A stretch of DNA of 59,558 nt, counting the filler. It is 7 parts of 7 records of this genome, joined end to end, with 100 filler letters (N's around TTAATTAATTAA, not from the genome) between each part and the next. Parts side by side here need not be neighbours in the genome. Positions count along the whole stretch, not along the records: positions 18,404 to 36,327 come from SRR31147125_12740; 6 more parts are not named here. One strand, given 5' to 3'. Position 1 is the stretch's first letter, and every line of letters begins with the position of its first letter. This document shows positions 27,131 to 36,427 of this stretch, in pieces. A program made the translations under genes and the position numbers. Under the pieces are notes generated by a model. The model made no database searches. It had not been told where the DNA came from and saw only the letters and a list, made by a program, of their open reading frames with translations.

Positions 27131-28426
27131 GTGACTAAACAGATAGCAACGGTCTTGGTATGTGTATTGATGATTTTTTCGATTTTTTCCATAGCTGCTG
27201 ATGGCCAGCCATGGCCGCAAGTGCATTTTTATGTTGTATCTGATTTGCATTATCTAGCGCCTGAATTGTTTGATCAGGATTCTGAAGCGTTTACCGCTTT
27301 TATGAACACAAATGACAATAAAATGGTGAGTGATGGACACGAACTGCTTGAAGTGTTCATTGAAGAGGCTTTGGCGGCTGAAGAAAAACCGGATTTTGTT
27401 TTGATATCCGGCGACCTGACCATGAATGGCGAAAAGGTGAGTCATCAACGGCTTGCGGGAGGGTTGTATCTTTTAGAACAACAGGGGATAGCGGTATATG
27501 TGATACCGGGAAATCATGACATTATGAATCCCTATGCCGCTCAGTTTTTCGGCAGAAGCTATGAGAAAATTGAGCCTGTTGTGCCGGATGACTTTATCTC
27601 AATCTATGCAGATTTTGGCTATAATGAATCGCTTTATAAGGATCCCTATAGTCTGAGCTATGTTGTAGAACCAATGCCCGGATTATGGCTTCTCTGTATT
27701 GATTCCAACGCGTATGGGCAAAACTATGATAATGGGTATCCCTGGCCGTACGGCAGTGTCTCAAACCGAACTTTCAGCTGGGTGAAGGAGATGCTGGATA
27801 GAGCGATTGAGGAGAATAAAAAAACTCTGGCGATGCTGCATCATCCGGTTGTTGATTCAACCGGTGCCGGATCTGATTCATATATGGCACAGACGATCCA
27901 AAATGCCGATCAGTTGGCGGAACTTCTTGTTCAGGCTTCTGTTCCGGTTGTTTTCAGCGGACACACCCATTCTATCAGTATTACAGCGCAGGAGAGTGAT
28001 GACGGAACCCTGTTTGATATAGGATCCGGATCCTTGCCGGTGTACCCGCACAGCTACAGAGAAGTGTCTATAAACGAGCATGCTGTTTTGACAGTTGCAA
28101 CCCGGGAAATTATTGATTTGCCATCTTACCATGAGCGTGGTATTCAGTTTTCTCAATACTCAAAAGAGCTTGCCGTTTATGGCCGTGTTGACGGGAATGT
28201 TGAATATTTGAAATCATCCCTGAAGATTACACATGCGGAAGCATATGCTATGGCTGAATATCTTGGTCTGCTGGGTGTGAACTATATGGGGGGTGCAGAC
28301 GCCTTCGCTGAAGAGCTCATCAATCATCATGGAGCCGATCTCTGGCGGCAAAACGCTAACAGCCGCCTAGGCATGATTGTTGAGCTGATGAGCAGCGACC
28401 CGCCCCAGGTGACGAAAGAGCTGTAA
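27131..28426 (+). CDS. Secreted calcineurin-like metallophosphoesterase
   Basis: Signal peptide; SDLH, SGDLT, PGNHD, LHHP, FSGHTH motifs. Confidence 0.9.
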   Translation: MTKQIATVLVCVLMIFSIFSIAADGQPWPQVHFYVVSDLHYLAPELFDQDSEAFTAFMNTNDNKMVSDGHELLEVFIEEALAAEEKPDFVLISGDLTMNGEKVSHQRLAGGLYLLEQQGIAVYVIPGNHDIMNPYAAQFFGRSYEKIEPVVPDDFISIYADFGYNESLYKDPYSLSYVVEPMPGLWLLCIDSNAYGQNYDNGYPWPYGSVSNRTFSWVKEMLDRAIEENKKTLAMLHHPVVDSTGAGSDSYMAQTIQNADQLAELLVQASVPVVFSGHTHSISITAQESDDGTLFDIGSGSLPVYPHSYREVSINEHAVLTVATREIIDLPSYHERGIQFSQYSKELAVYGRVDGNVEYLKSSLKITHAEAYAMAEYLGLLGVNYMGGADAFAEELINHHGADLWRQNANSRLGMIVELMSSDPPQVTKEL

Positions 28427-28512
28427 TATATCTTGATTGATATATAATTTGCCAGCTATCTGTGTTTGCTGTCAGCTTCAGAAAACAATTTCAAAAAACA
28501 CAGCTAATTTCA

Positions 28513-28540
28513 TTGACAACAGGGCAATGTATGATAATAT
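28513..28540 (+). promoter_or_regulatory. Putative sigma-70 promoter of the lacI-family gene
   Basis: TTGACA-N16-TAATAT with extended TG, immediately followed by the operator. Confidence 0.55.
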
Positions 28541-28560
28541 ATAGGAACACGCGTTCCTAT
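28541..28560. promoter_or_regulatory. LacI-family operator (autoregulatory)
   Basis: ATAGGAACACGCGTTCCTAT palindrome with central CG; weaker copies at 28581-28594 and 28682-28696. Confidence 0.8.
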
Positions 28561-28732
28561 ATATTGCTGGTTCACTCTTTTGATACGCGTTTCATATAAA
28601 TGCAAATCTATATATAGAAAGTAAATACTATTTTACTTTTTCTTATAAGATAGGTAAATCGATGTTGGTTTGTTGATTTACAGAATACGTGTTCCTATAT
28701 TTTATAGTTTTTTACCTGGTTAGGACGTAAAA

Positions 28733-29772
28733 ATGAAGAAAAGGATAGACAGTACAAAAATTGCTCAGTTAGTGGGAGTATCTAGAAGTACTGTAAGTAA
28801 GGTAATTAATAACTATCCAAATATTTCACAGGAAACAAGAGAGAAAGTACTCACAGCCATACGTGAATATCAGTATGTTCCCAATTACTCAGCCCAAATT
28901 ATGGCTGGCAGTCAGACAAAAACTATTGGTTTGTTTTTTATTAGTTATGGCGAGTTTTCTGATGACTCATTGGTTAATTTGATGATTGCCAGCGTTATAG
29001 AGCAGGCAGCTAAACAAGGCTATCATATTCTTACTTATATTATAAAAAATGAAAATGTTGTAACTGATTTAATCGGAATTAAGGAAGTATTCTATCAGCA
29101 TAGAGTTGATGCCGGGATATTCATAGGTGCCAGAAATCATGAATCAGTCATTGAAGAATTGATTTCGGATGGATTTACCGTTGGTATTTTTGATCAGAAC
29201 TTACCCGGAAGGGATGAAGAAAATCGAATAGTTGTTAATTTTTCTGATGAAGAAACTGCTGGAAATGTCATCAAATATGCTTTTGAGCATGGACATCGGG
29301 ATATTGGGATAATAAATGGAGATTTACGACGAAATTCTGGAGTTGCCAAAAATAAAGGATTTCAACACCAGATGCAAAAGCTGGGCTTGGAAATCAAGGA
29401 TAAATGGATGCTGTATGGAACATTCAGTACTCAGTCCGGGTATGATTGTACCGCAAACTTTTTAAAATCTGGCATTGAACTGCCGTCTGCATTTATTGCA
29501 GCCAACGACCATATTGCCTTCGGTGCAATAGAAGCATTTACGGAAGCCGGAATAAGGATTCCTGAAGATATTTCCATAATAGGAATTGATGGTCACCCAT
29601 TGGGGGCATATTCCAGACCACCATTGACTACTTTCCAGTTTGATCAGAATAAAATGATGGGGTCCTGGTTTCTCGTACAATTTTACAAATTGAGAACCCG
29701 CAGCATGATCTGGAAAGAAGGATGACCTTTTATTCAGAACTCGTTGAACGCGACTCATGTAAAAATGTATAA
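28733..29772 (+). CDS. LacI-family transcriptional regulator (frameshift near 29660; ORF track ends at 29725)
   Basis: IAQLVGVSRSTVSKVIN HTH, YVPN hinge, IPEDISIIGIDG, PPLTT; the typical ending FYSELVERDSCKNV* is in another frame, with its stop at 29770-29772. Confidence 0.92.
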
Positions 29773-29819
29773 ACGCGAAATGTTTACCGCATGTTTACAT
29801 AGGATTTTTTTAGAGATAT

Positions 29820-29835
29820 AGGAACACGTGTTCCT
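29820..29835. promoter_or_regulatory. LacI-family operator upstream of the ABC operon
   Basis: Perfect palindrome AGGAACACGTGTTCCT matching the 28541 site. Confidence 0.85.
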
Positions 29836-29965
29836 TGGAGTGGTTTATATGGTCAGCTGGATGAGTTTACCAGACTGACTGAATTGATTTGGTTTCATTA
29901 TGCAGGGGAACTGCATATATTTACTGCATTTGTATGCAGAGTAATTTCTACAAAAGGAGTAGAGT

Positions 29966-31282
29966 ATGAAAAAAACGGTTAGAATGTTATTAATTCTTAC
30001 AGTATTTCTCATGGCTGCCTCAATGGTTTTCGCTCAGGGTGGTGAAGAACAAGCGGCTGACGATGGCCCTTCAGTGGTACAGTATTGGTATCCATGGGGT
30101 GGTGGTTCGGAAGAATGGGATCAATGGCGAATAGGAGAGTTTGAGAAAACTCATCCTGAATTTATTGTTGAATCTACTTTCGTCCCCGATGATGGTGGTT
30201 TAAGCAATGGGAAACTTTTGGCTGCGATTGCAGGAGGAAATCCTCCAGACGTTGTAGTTTCTAATAGTGCTCCATTAGCCTACACAATGGCTACAACTGG
30301 TGGTTTGGCATCCTTGGATGCTGCCCTTGAACGAGCTGGATTCTCACAAGATCAACTGCTGGACCCGTTTATTGATCTAATGAAATATGATGGTAAAACA
30401 TATGTTTTCCCTCATGACACAAACGTAAATATTTTCTACTACAATAAAGATTTATTTGCTGCAGCAGGATTGGATCCTGAAAGACCGCCGCAAACAATGG
30501 CTGAACTTGATGAATATGCAGAAAAATTGACAAAAATTACTCCAAACGGCGATATTGAACAAGCAGGATTTATTCCTTGGCAGGACTTTGGTGATGATGC
30601 TTTCTTCTGGGGCTGGATGTTCGGTACAACCTATTTTGATGCAGCCAGCAATAAGCTTACTTTTGCATCTGAGAATCAAACAGCAGTGTATGACTGGATG
30701 CGTACATATGCAGAGAGATTGGATCCTACAAGAATTACTGCTTTAACTTCAGGATTTGGCGGTGCATTTACACCTGATCACCCATTTTATACAGGTAAAG
30801 TAGCCATGACAATTAATGGTAACTGGTTTACCAATGCCATTAAGATCAACATGCCTGATATCAATTACGGCGTTGGTAAGGTTCCGGCACCGGATAATGG
30901 ACGGCCTGGTGGAACAACTTTTGGAACAAATGTATTTGTAATGCCTAAGGGAGCGGAAAATGAAGATGGTGCCATAGCATTTATGCTTTTTGCATCACAG
31001 CCATCTATTTCAGCAGATAACATCAATACATGGCGCTCATTAAGTGTTTGGAAGAAGGAAGATCCTTCAGTTATCTGGTATCAAAACGGTGATCCCATTT
31101 ACGCAATGGAGCTTGAGATTGCAAATAATCCAAACTCTGGACACCCGGCATTAACTTCTGTGGCCACGCAGCTGAGTACGGAACTGAATCTTGTAAGAGA
31201 TAAAGTACTGTACGATGATGATGATCCTGCAGTACTGCTTGACAATCTGCAGAACAAACTCCAGAAAGAAGTTGATAAATAG
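29966..31282 (+). CDS. Carbohydrate ABC transporter substrate-binding protein
   Basis: Spirochaete-type signal (VFAQGGEE); AIAGGNPPDV, YYNKDLF, FYTGKVAM. Confidence 0.92.
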   Translation: MKKTVRMLLILTVFLMAASMVFAQGGEEQAADDGPSVVQYWYPWGGGSEEWDQWRIGEFEKTHPEFIVESTFVPDDGGLSNGKLLAAIAGGNPPDVVVSNSAPLAYTMATTGGLASLDAALERAGFSQDQLLDPFIDLMKYDGKTYVFPHDTNVNIFYYNKDLFAAAGLDPERPPQTMAELDEYAEKLTKITPNGDIEQAGFIPWQDFGDDAFFWGWMFGTTYFDAASNKLTFASENQTAVYDWMRTYAERLDPTRITALTSGFGGAFTPDHPFYTGKVAMTINGNWFTNAIKINMPDINYGVGKVPAPDNGRPGGTTFGTNVFVMPKGAENEDGAIAFMLFASQPSISADNINTWRSLSVWKKEDPSVIWYQNGDPIYAMELEIANNPNSGHPALTSVATQLSTELNLVRDKVLYDDDDPAVLLDNLQNKLQKEVDK

Positions 31283-31313
31283 ACCCAAGATAAACCCTAT
31301 GTTTTAAATAATC

Positions 31314-31343
31314 GGACCGGATCATTTATCAGTGATCCGGTCC
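31314..31343 (+). other. Intergenic stem-loop after the SBP gene (mRNA stabiliser or attenuator)
   Basis: GGACCGGATCA / TGATCCGGTCC with no U-tract. Confidence 0.6.
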
Positions 31344-31412
31344 ACCACTCATATGATAAAATGGAATATACGATTCTCAAAAATCTATTAGCAAAAAAGA
31401 AGGATTTTCGAC

Positions 31413-32285
31413 ATGCTGAATTTGGATATTAATACTCAACGTAAGTCAAGAAAATTATTTTCAGGCGAACGATTTGAAGTAACTGCGATATATATCATAA
31501 TAATTTTATTTATTGCTGGATATATTATTCCTTTTCTTTGGTTGTTGTCAGGATCATTCAAAACTAATACTGAAATGTTCGCAGTACCTCCTGTTTGGAT
31601 TCCAGCAAAATTCCAGTTTCAAAATTATGTGAAAGCTTTTACCGGTTTCCCGTTTTTGTTGTACTTCAAGAATACCATGATCATCATTGTGTTGAATATT
31701 TTAGGCACATTGATCTCATCATCTCTGGTAGCCTACGGTTTCTCCAGATTGAGATGGAAATACCGAGATCGCATTTTTCTGATTGTACTGGTGACAATGA
31801 TGCTGCCTTTTCAGGTAATCATGGTGCCGCTTTTTCTTCTATTCAATAAATTTGGTTGGATTGGAACATTGTTGCCTCTGTTTATTACTTCATGGTTTGG
31901 GCATCCATTCTCAATTTTTCTATTAAGACAATTCTTTGTGAGTATCCCATTTGAATTATCTGAATCAGCGCGTATAGATGGGACAACGGAGCTGGGAATT
32001 TATTGGAGAATTATTTTACCATTGGCAAAGTCAGCTCTTGCGACTGTAGCTATATTTTCTTTTCTGCATAACTGGTCGGATTTTATCGGACCGCTGGTTT
32101 TCTTGAGTAAGAATAAATTGTATACGTTGTCTTTGGGAGTTCAGCAGATTATAGGTGAGCATGATCCGCAATGGCCGTTGCTCATGGCACTGGGAGTTAG
32201 TATGACTCTTCCAGTCCTCATAATCTTTTTCCTATTGCAGCGCTACTTTATTCAGGGAATCGCTCTTTCGGGTATTAAAGGGTAA
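31413..32285 (+). CDS. Carbohydrate ABC transporter permease (MalG-like)
   Basis: FLLRQFFVSIPFELSESARIDG EAA loop; QRYFIQGI. Confidence 0.93.
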   Translation: MLNLDINTQRKSRKLFSGERFEVTAIYIIIILFIAGYIIPFLWLLSGSFKTNTEMFAVPPVWIPAKFQFQNYVKAFTGFPFLLYFKNTMIIIVLNILGTLISSSLVAYGFSRLRWKYRDRIFLIVLVTMMLPFQVIMVPLFLLFNKFGWIGTLLPLFITSWFGHPFSIFLLRQFFVSIPFELSESARIDGTTELGIYWRIILPLAKSALATVAIFSFLHNWSDFIGPLVFLSKNKLYTLSLGVQQIIGEHDPQWPLLMALGVSMTLPVLIIFFLLQRYFIQGIALSGIKG

Positions 32286-32295
32286 GGGTGGAAAT

Positions 32296-33207
32296 ATGAA
32301 AAAGAAAACCGGCAATATTGGAGTATCAAAACAGATTCAAAAACGTGAACTAAGGGCAGGAATTGCATTTATTTCTCCCTGGATAGTTGGCTTTCTCCTG
32401 TTTATGGCATACCCGATTTTAAGTTCCCTTTATTATTCTCTGCATGAATATAACATCATTTCGAAACCTGAGTTCATCGGTTTTGAGAATTACATTGAGT
32501 TGTTCAGGGATGAACTGTTTCTAAAGTCTTTGTGGAACACTCTGTACATGGTAGTTTTTGGAATATTGGCAGTTACAGTAGTATCATTGATCATCTCGGT
32601 AATGCTTGATGACAAGAGAATAAAGGGGCTTTCTTTTTTCAGGGTAGTGTTTTTTATGCCGACCTTGGTTCCTTTGGTAATCCTGTCGATTTTATGGATA
32701 TGGATACTGCAGCCCGATTACGGAGTAATCAATACCGCCCTGAAAGCAGTAGGAATCAGGGGTCCTGGTTGGTTTGCGGACCCAGCTTGGTCTAAGCCCG
32801 CCTTCATACTCATGATGGTATGGGGTTCAGGAAATGTAATAATAATCTATTTAGCAGGATTGAAAGATATTCCTGTATCTCTTTATGAAGCAGCAGCAAT
32901 AGATGGTGCCGGCTGGTTTCCGAAATTCTTTCGTATAACACTTCCTATGCTGAAGCCGATTATAACTTTCAATGTCATAACCGGTATTATTAAAGTTTTA
33001 CAATCCTTTGCAGAGGCTTTTATCATTACCAGCGGCGGGCCGAACGGCTCTACGCATTTTTTCTCCTTACATATTTATTACAACGCGTTTCAATGGTTGA
33101 AAATGGGGTATGCATCGGCAATGGCCTGGATACTGCTGATAATTGCTCTTGGCGTTGTACTACTCCTGTTCAAACTATCGGGGTTTGAGGGAGTGGAGAG
33201 TAAATAG
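32296..33207 (+). CDS. Carbohydrate ABC transporter permease (MalF-like)
   Basis: FIGFENY; YLAGLKDIPVSLYEAAAIDGA; MGYASAMAW. Confidence 0.93.
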   Translation: MKKKTGNIGVSKQIQKRELRAGIAFISPWIVGFLLFMAYPILSSLYYSLHEYNIISKPEFIGFENYIELFRDELFLKSLWNTLYMVVFGILAVTVVSLIISVMLDDKRIKGLSFFRVVFFMPTLVPLVILSILWIWILQPDYGVINTALKAVGIRGPGWFADPAWSKPAFILMMVWGSGNVIIIYLAGLKDIPVSLYEAAAIDGAGWFPKFFRITLPMLKPIITFNVITGIIKVLQSFAEAFIITSGGPNGSTHFFSLHIYYNAFQWLKMGYASAMAWILLIIALGVVLLLFKLSGFEGVESK

Positions 33208-33287
33208 AATAGTTATAGTTTATACGAGGTTGCCGGCATGTATGATCGGCATATAGCAATGCATCAATAATTTACATCGAGGTATTT

Positions 33288-33740
33288 ATGGACAAAAATT
33301 TGATTGGCACACAAACAGTAACCCAAGTGGGAATAATAGTACGTAATATTGAAGAAACATCTAAAAAAGTAGCAGCGCTTTTTGGTGTTGAAACACCAGA
33401 ATGGTTTTTAACCGGTGATTATGAAGAGGCTCAGACACAATATCGTGGCAAACCTTCTGAGGCCAGAGCAAAATTGGCTTTTTTTCACTGCGGTCAAGTA
33501 GATATTGAACTGATTGAGCCTGATGGCAAACCCAGTACCTGGCAGGAATTTCTGGATGAGCATGGTGAAGGGGTTCATCATATTGCTTTTGTTGTCAACG
33601 GTATGAAAATGGTCGTTAATGCGTTGGAGCAAGCTGGATTCCCTTTAGTGCAAAAAGGTGAATATGAAGGCGGCAGATATGCATATGTGGATACTACTGA
33701 TTCACTGAAAACGGTTATTGAACTGCTCGAAAACGACTAA
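33288..33740 (+). CDS. VOC family protein (methylmalonyl-CoA epimerase/glyoxalase fold)
   Basis: QVGIIV, IELIEP, HGEGVHHIAF, IELLE metal-ligand pattern. Confidence 0.88.
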   Translation: MDKNLIGTQTVTQVGIIVRNIEETSKKVAALFGVETPEWFLTGDYEEAQTQYRGKPSEARAKLAFFHCGQVDIELIEPDGKPSTWQEFLDEHGEGVHHIAFVVNGMKMVVNALEQAGFPLVQKGEYEGGRYAYVDTTDSLKTVIELLEND

Positions 33741-33802
33741 TCAGTTTTTTTAGCGGGAATAGAATACACATATAATTCTGCAATATAACGATAGGTATAA
33801 AC

Positions 33803-35371
33803 ATGGATAAGAAAAGAGCATTATGCATTATTGGTGATTATTATCATTCTCCAGGAAGAATTCGAGACATTCTTGTGGGAAATTTCTTAAAATTGGGGAT
33901 TGATGGATTATTTATAACAGATCCTCAGCAAGCTCCCTGGGAGAGCTTGAAAGAATTTGATTTACTGGTCATGGCTGGAGAGGAAAGAATTGAACCGCAA
34001 ATTTCTAATCGCACATGGAATACCAGAGAGCATGAGGAAAAAATCCAGTCTTTTGTGCAAAATGGTGGAAGCCTTTTTGTGTTGCATGCTGGGCTTGCCT
34101 ATCAGCCAGAAGGCCCCTATTTTGATACTGTCAAAGGGTGTTTTCAGTTTCATCCGAAAGAGCATCCAGTGTTCTCAGTAGTACCGGCCGCACAAATTGA
34201 CGATTGGTTTGCCGAGGATTTTGAATTGGAAATAAAGGACGAAATGTATTTTTGTCGAATCAAGTCTGCCGAGACAAGGGTGCTTATGTATTCAAAATGC
34301 AGCGATTACGGTAGTTCACCGGCTGCATGGGCACATCAGTATGGTAATGGAAATGTATTTGCATTTACACCAGGCCACAATACAGAAGTGTTCCAAAATC
34401 CTCTTTTCCGTTCAGTTGTCACTAAGGTTATCCTGGTGCATGAAAAAAGATTAAGAGGAGATATACCTCTTGGGTTGGGAGGCTGGGCTTTCGGTGTTGC
34501 GGGTAATTCGGCAATTCCTGAAAGAGAGCTGGCTGAAATAATTACCTATGCCCGGGAATGTGGTATTACTCATATTGACACAGCTCAGGATTATGGAGAT
34601 GGAAGGTCGGAAGAGAGGATCGGTCGACATATAGGTGTTGATACATCTTTCTTTATCGGGACAAAAATTCATATACCTGATGATGCGGCTCAGGTTCCAG
34701 ATCTGATCGATCAGAGTCGAAAAAGACTCAGGCGAGACACACTTGATTTGCTCTATATACATTGGCCAAAGACAGGAAAAGATCCACGGCCTATCATTGA
34801 AGAACTGGAAATTGCCAGAAACAGCGGGAAAATATCCTATATTGGATTAAGCAATTTTTCTTCTGAAGAACTGCAGCTTATTGAAACAGTTGGTACGGTT
34901 GACGTATATCAGGTAGGATATAACTTACTGTGGCGATATCCGGAAAAAGATATTATCCCGTATTGTCTGAAAAAAGGTATTGCATTGGTATCTTACAGCT
35001 CGCTGGCTCAAGGACTGCTGACCGGTAAGTTCCCGGAGCATCCGGTTTTTTCTGCTGATGATCCCAGAAAAGATACAGTTTTTCATGATGCAAACATCTG
35101 GCCGGAATTGTATACCTTGATACAAACTATGCTGTCTACTGTTGGTGGAGATAAAAAAAAGCTTACAGGAGCTTCCTTACGATTGCTTGCTGAAATTGGC
35201 GGAATAAATTGTGTTTTGTTTGGAGTGAAAACACGGTTACAACTGGAAAATACAGTTAACGCCTACAACTCTGCAAATGATGCAAACTTATTGGATGATC
35301 TGTATAAATTATCGGATGCAGCGAAAGAGATTTTACCATTTGAAAACAACATGTTCAGGTTTCAGCCCTGA
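33803..35371 (+). CDS. ThuA-like domain fused to an aldo/keto reductase
   Basis: N-half: GDYYH, FVQNGGSLFVLHAG, FQFHP, DEMY, TPGH (ThuA/class I GAT-like). C-half: DTAQDYG, GTK, YIHWP, IGLSNF, YSSLAQGLLTGK (AKR). Confidence 0.85.
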   Translation: MDKKRALCIIGDYYHSPGRIRDILVGNFLKLGIDGLFITDPQQAPWESLKEFDLLVMAGEERIEPQISNRTWNTREHEEKIQSFVQNGGSLFVLHAGLAYQPEGPYFDTVKGCFQFHPKEHPVFSVVPAAQIDDWFAEDFELEIKDEMYFCRIKSAETRVLMYSKCSDYGSSPAAWAHQYGNGNVFAFTPGHNTEVFQNPLFRSVVTKVILVHEKRLRGDIPLGLGGWAFGVAGNSAIPERELAEIITYARECGITHIDTAQDYGDGRSEERIGRHIGVDTSFFIGTKIHIPDDAAQVPDLIDQSRKRLRRDTLDLLYIHWPKTGKDPRPIIEELEIARNSGKISYIGLSNFSSEELQLIETVGTVDVYQVGYNLLWRYPEKDIIPYCLKKGIALVSYSSLAQGLLTGKFPEHPVFSADDPRKDTVFHDANIWPELYTLIQTMLSTVGGDKKKLTGASLRLLAEIGGINCVLFGVKTRLQLENTVNAYNSANDANLLDDLYKLSDAAKEILPFENNMFRFQP

Positions 35372-35385
35372 AAAAGGATGCACGA

Positions 35386-35847
35386 TTGACTGGCAAAAAA
35401 AAGCTTACTAAAGGAACCATAGAAAAAATCGTTATAGTAGTCGAGAGTATAGATGAAAAAGTTGCAGCATATGATGGTCTTTTCGACATACCGGTTGTAG
35501 AAGTAATTACCACAAACCCGCCCACGTCCCCTGCTGTTAATCTGTACCATGGGAAAAGCATACCTGGCAAAGTAAAACTTGCTAATATCCATATGGGAGA
35601 TATTACGCTGGAACTAATTGAGCCAATCGATAGCGATTCGCCCTGGGGAGATTTTCTAAAAGAAAAAGGAGAAGGAGTCTTTTCAATAGTTTGGACTGTG
35701 GACGATCTGCACAATGAGAAGAAAATATTTGAAGCTGACAACAAACCCATGTATCATATTGGTGAATATGAAGGAGGCCGTTATTCTTACTTTGATACAT
35801 TGACCACTATGGGAATAACGGTGTGTCTCCAGAGTTTTGATAATTGA
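35386..35847 (+). CDS. VOC family protein, divergent paralogue
   Basis: LELIEP, KGEGV and GEYEGGRYSYFDT are shared with 33288-33740; TTG start after RBS AAGGA. Confidence 0.8.
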   Translation: MTGKKKLTKGTIEKIVIVVESIDEKVAAYDGLFDIPVVEVITTNPPTSPAVNLYHGKSIPGKVKLANIHMGDITLELIEPIDSDSPWGDFLKEKGEGVFSIVWTVDDLHNEKKIFEADNKPMYHIGEYEGGRYSYFDTLTTMGITVCLQSFDN

Positions 35848-35855
35848 TCTACACG

Positions 35856-36327
35856 CTATTTTCGCTTTTTTGCCTTGGGTTTCCCGGAATTCTTTCTGTT
35901 AGAGTATTTACCATCATTCGATCTGCTGCTCGATTTCCGATACGTCGGTCTTTCACTGCCGCTGCTGCGGGATGATGACTCATAACCGCCGCCCCCGCTG
36001 GAATTTTTAATCCGTATACGCTTACCCTTTACAGACAGACGACTCAGAGCCTGAGAAACCTGTTCACGCACTTCTGGACGAACCTGAAAGCGGGTGAATG
36101 TGCTGTCTGCTACAATCTTGCCCAGTTCTACATCCCGACCGCCGGCACTGCTGTTGATAAGACCAATGAGATCTGTTTTTCCGAACTGATTACTGCGGCC
36201 TAAATTTATAGTCAGCCAGGTAAATTCACCCTGAGATCGGCTGTCACGGCTATCACGGTTGTCACGGCTGTCTCGATTGTCACGGAAATTACGACCGTCA
36301 CGACCATCACGACCATCACGACCATCA
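35856..36327 (-). CDS. DEAD-box RNA helicase C-terminus (DbpA RNA-binding domain), 5' truncated
   Basis: DGRDGRDGR...FTWLTINLGRSNQFGKTDLIGLINSSAGGRDVELGKI, then a basic Ser/Arg/Lys tail. Confidence 0.8.
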
Positions 36328-36427
36328 NNNNNNNNNNNNNNNNNNNNNNNNNNNNNNNNNNNNNNNNNNNNTTAATTAATTAANNNNNNNNNNNNNNNNN
36401 NNNNNNNNNNNNNNNNNNNNNNNNNNN
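36328..36427. other. Artificial contig spacer
   Basis: N44-TTAATTAATTAA-N44. Confidence 0.98.

Noticed and set aside
36238..36327. 9-nt tandem repeats (CACGACCAT-like) as CRISPR or VNTR
   Set aside because: They encode the RDG/RDS/RDN low-complexity linker of the DEAD-box helicase; there are no spacers or cas genes.
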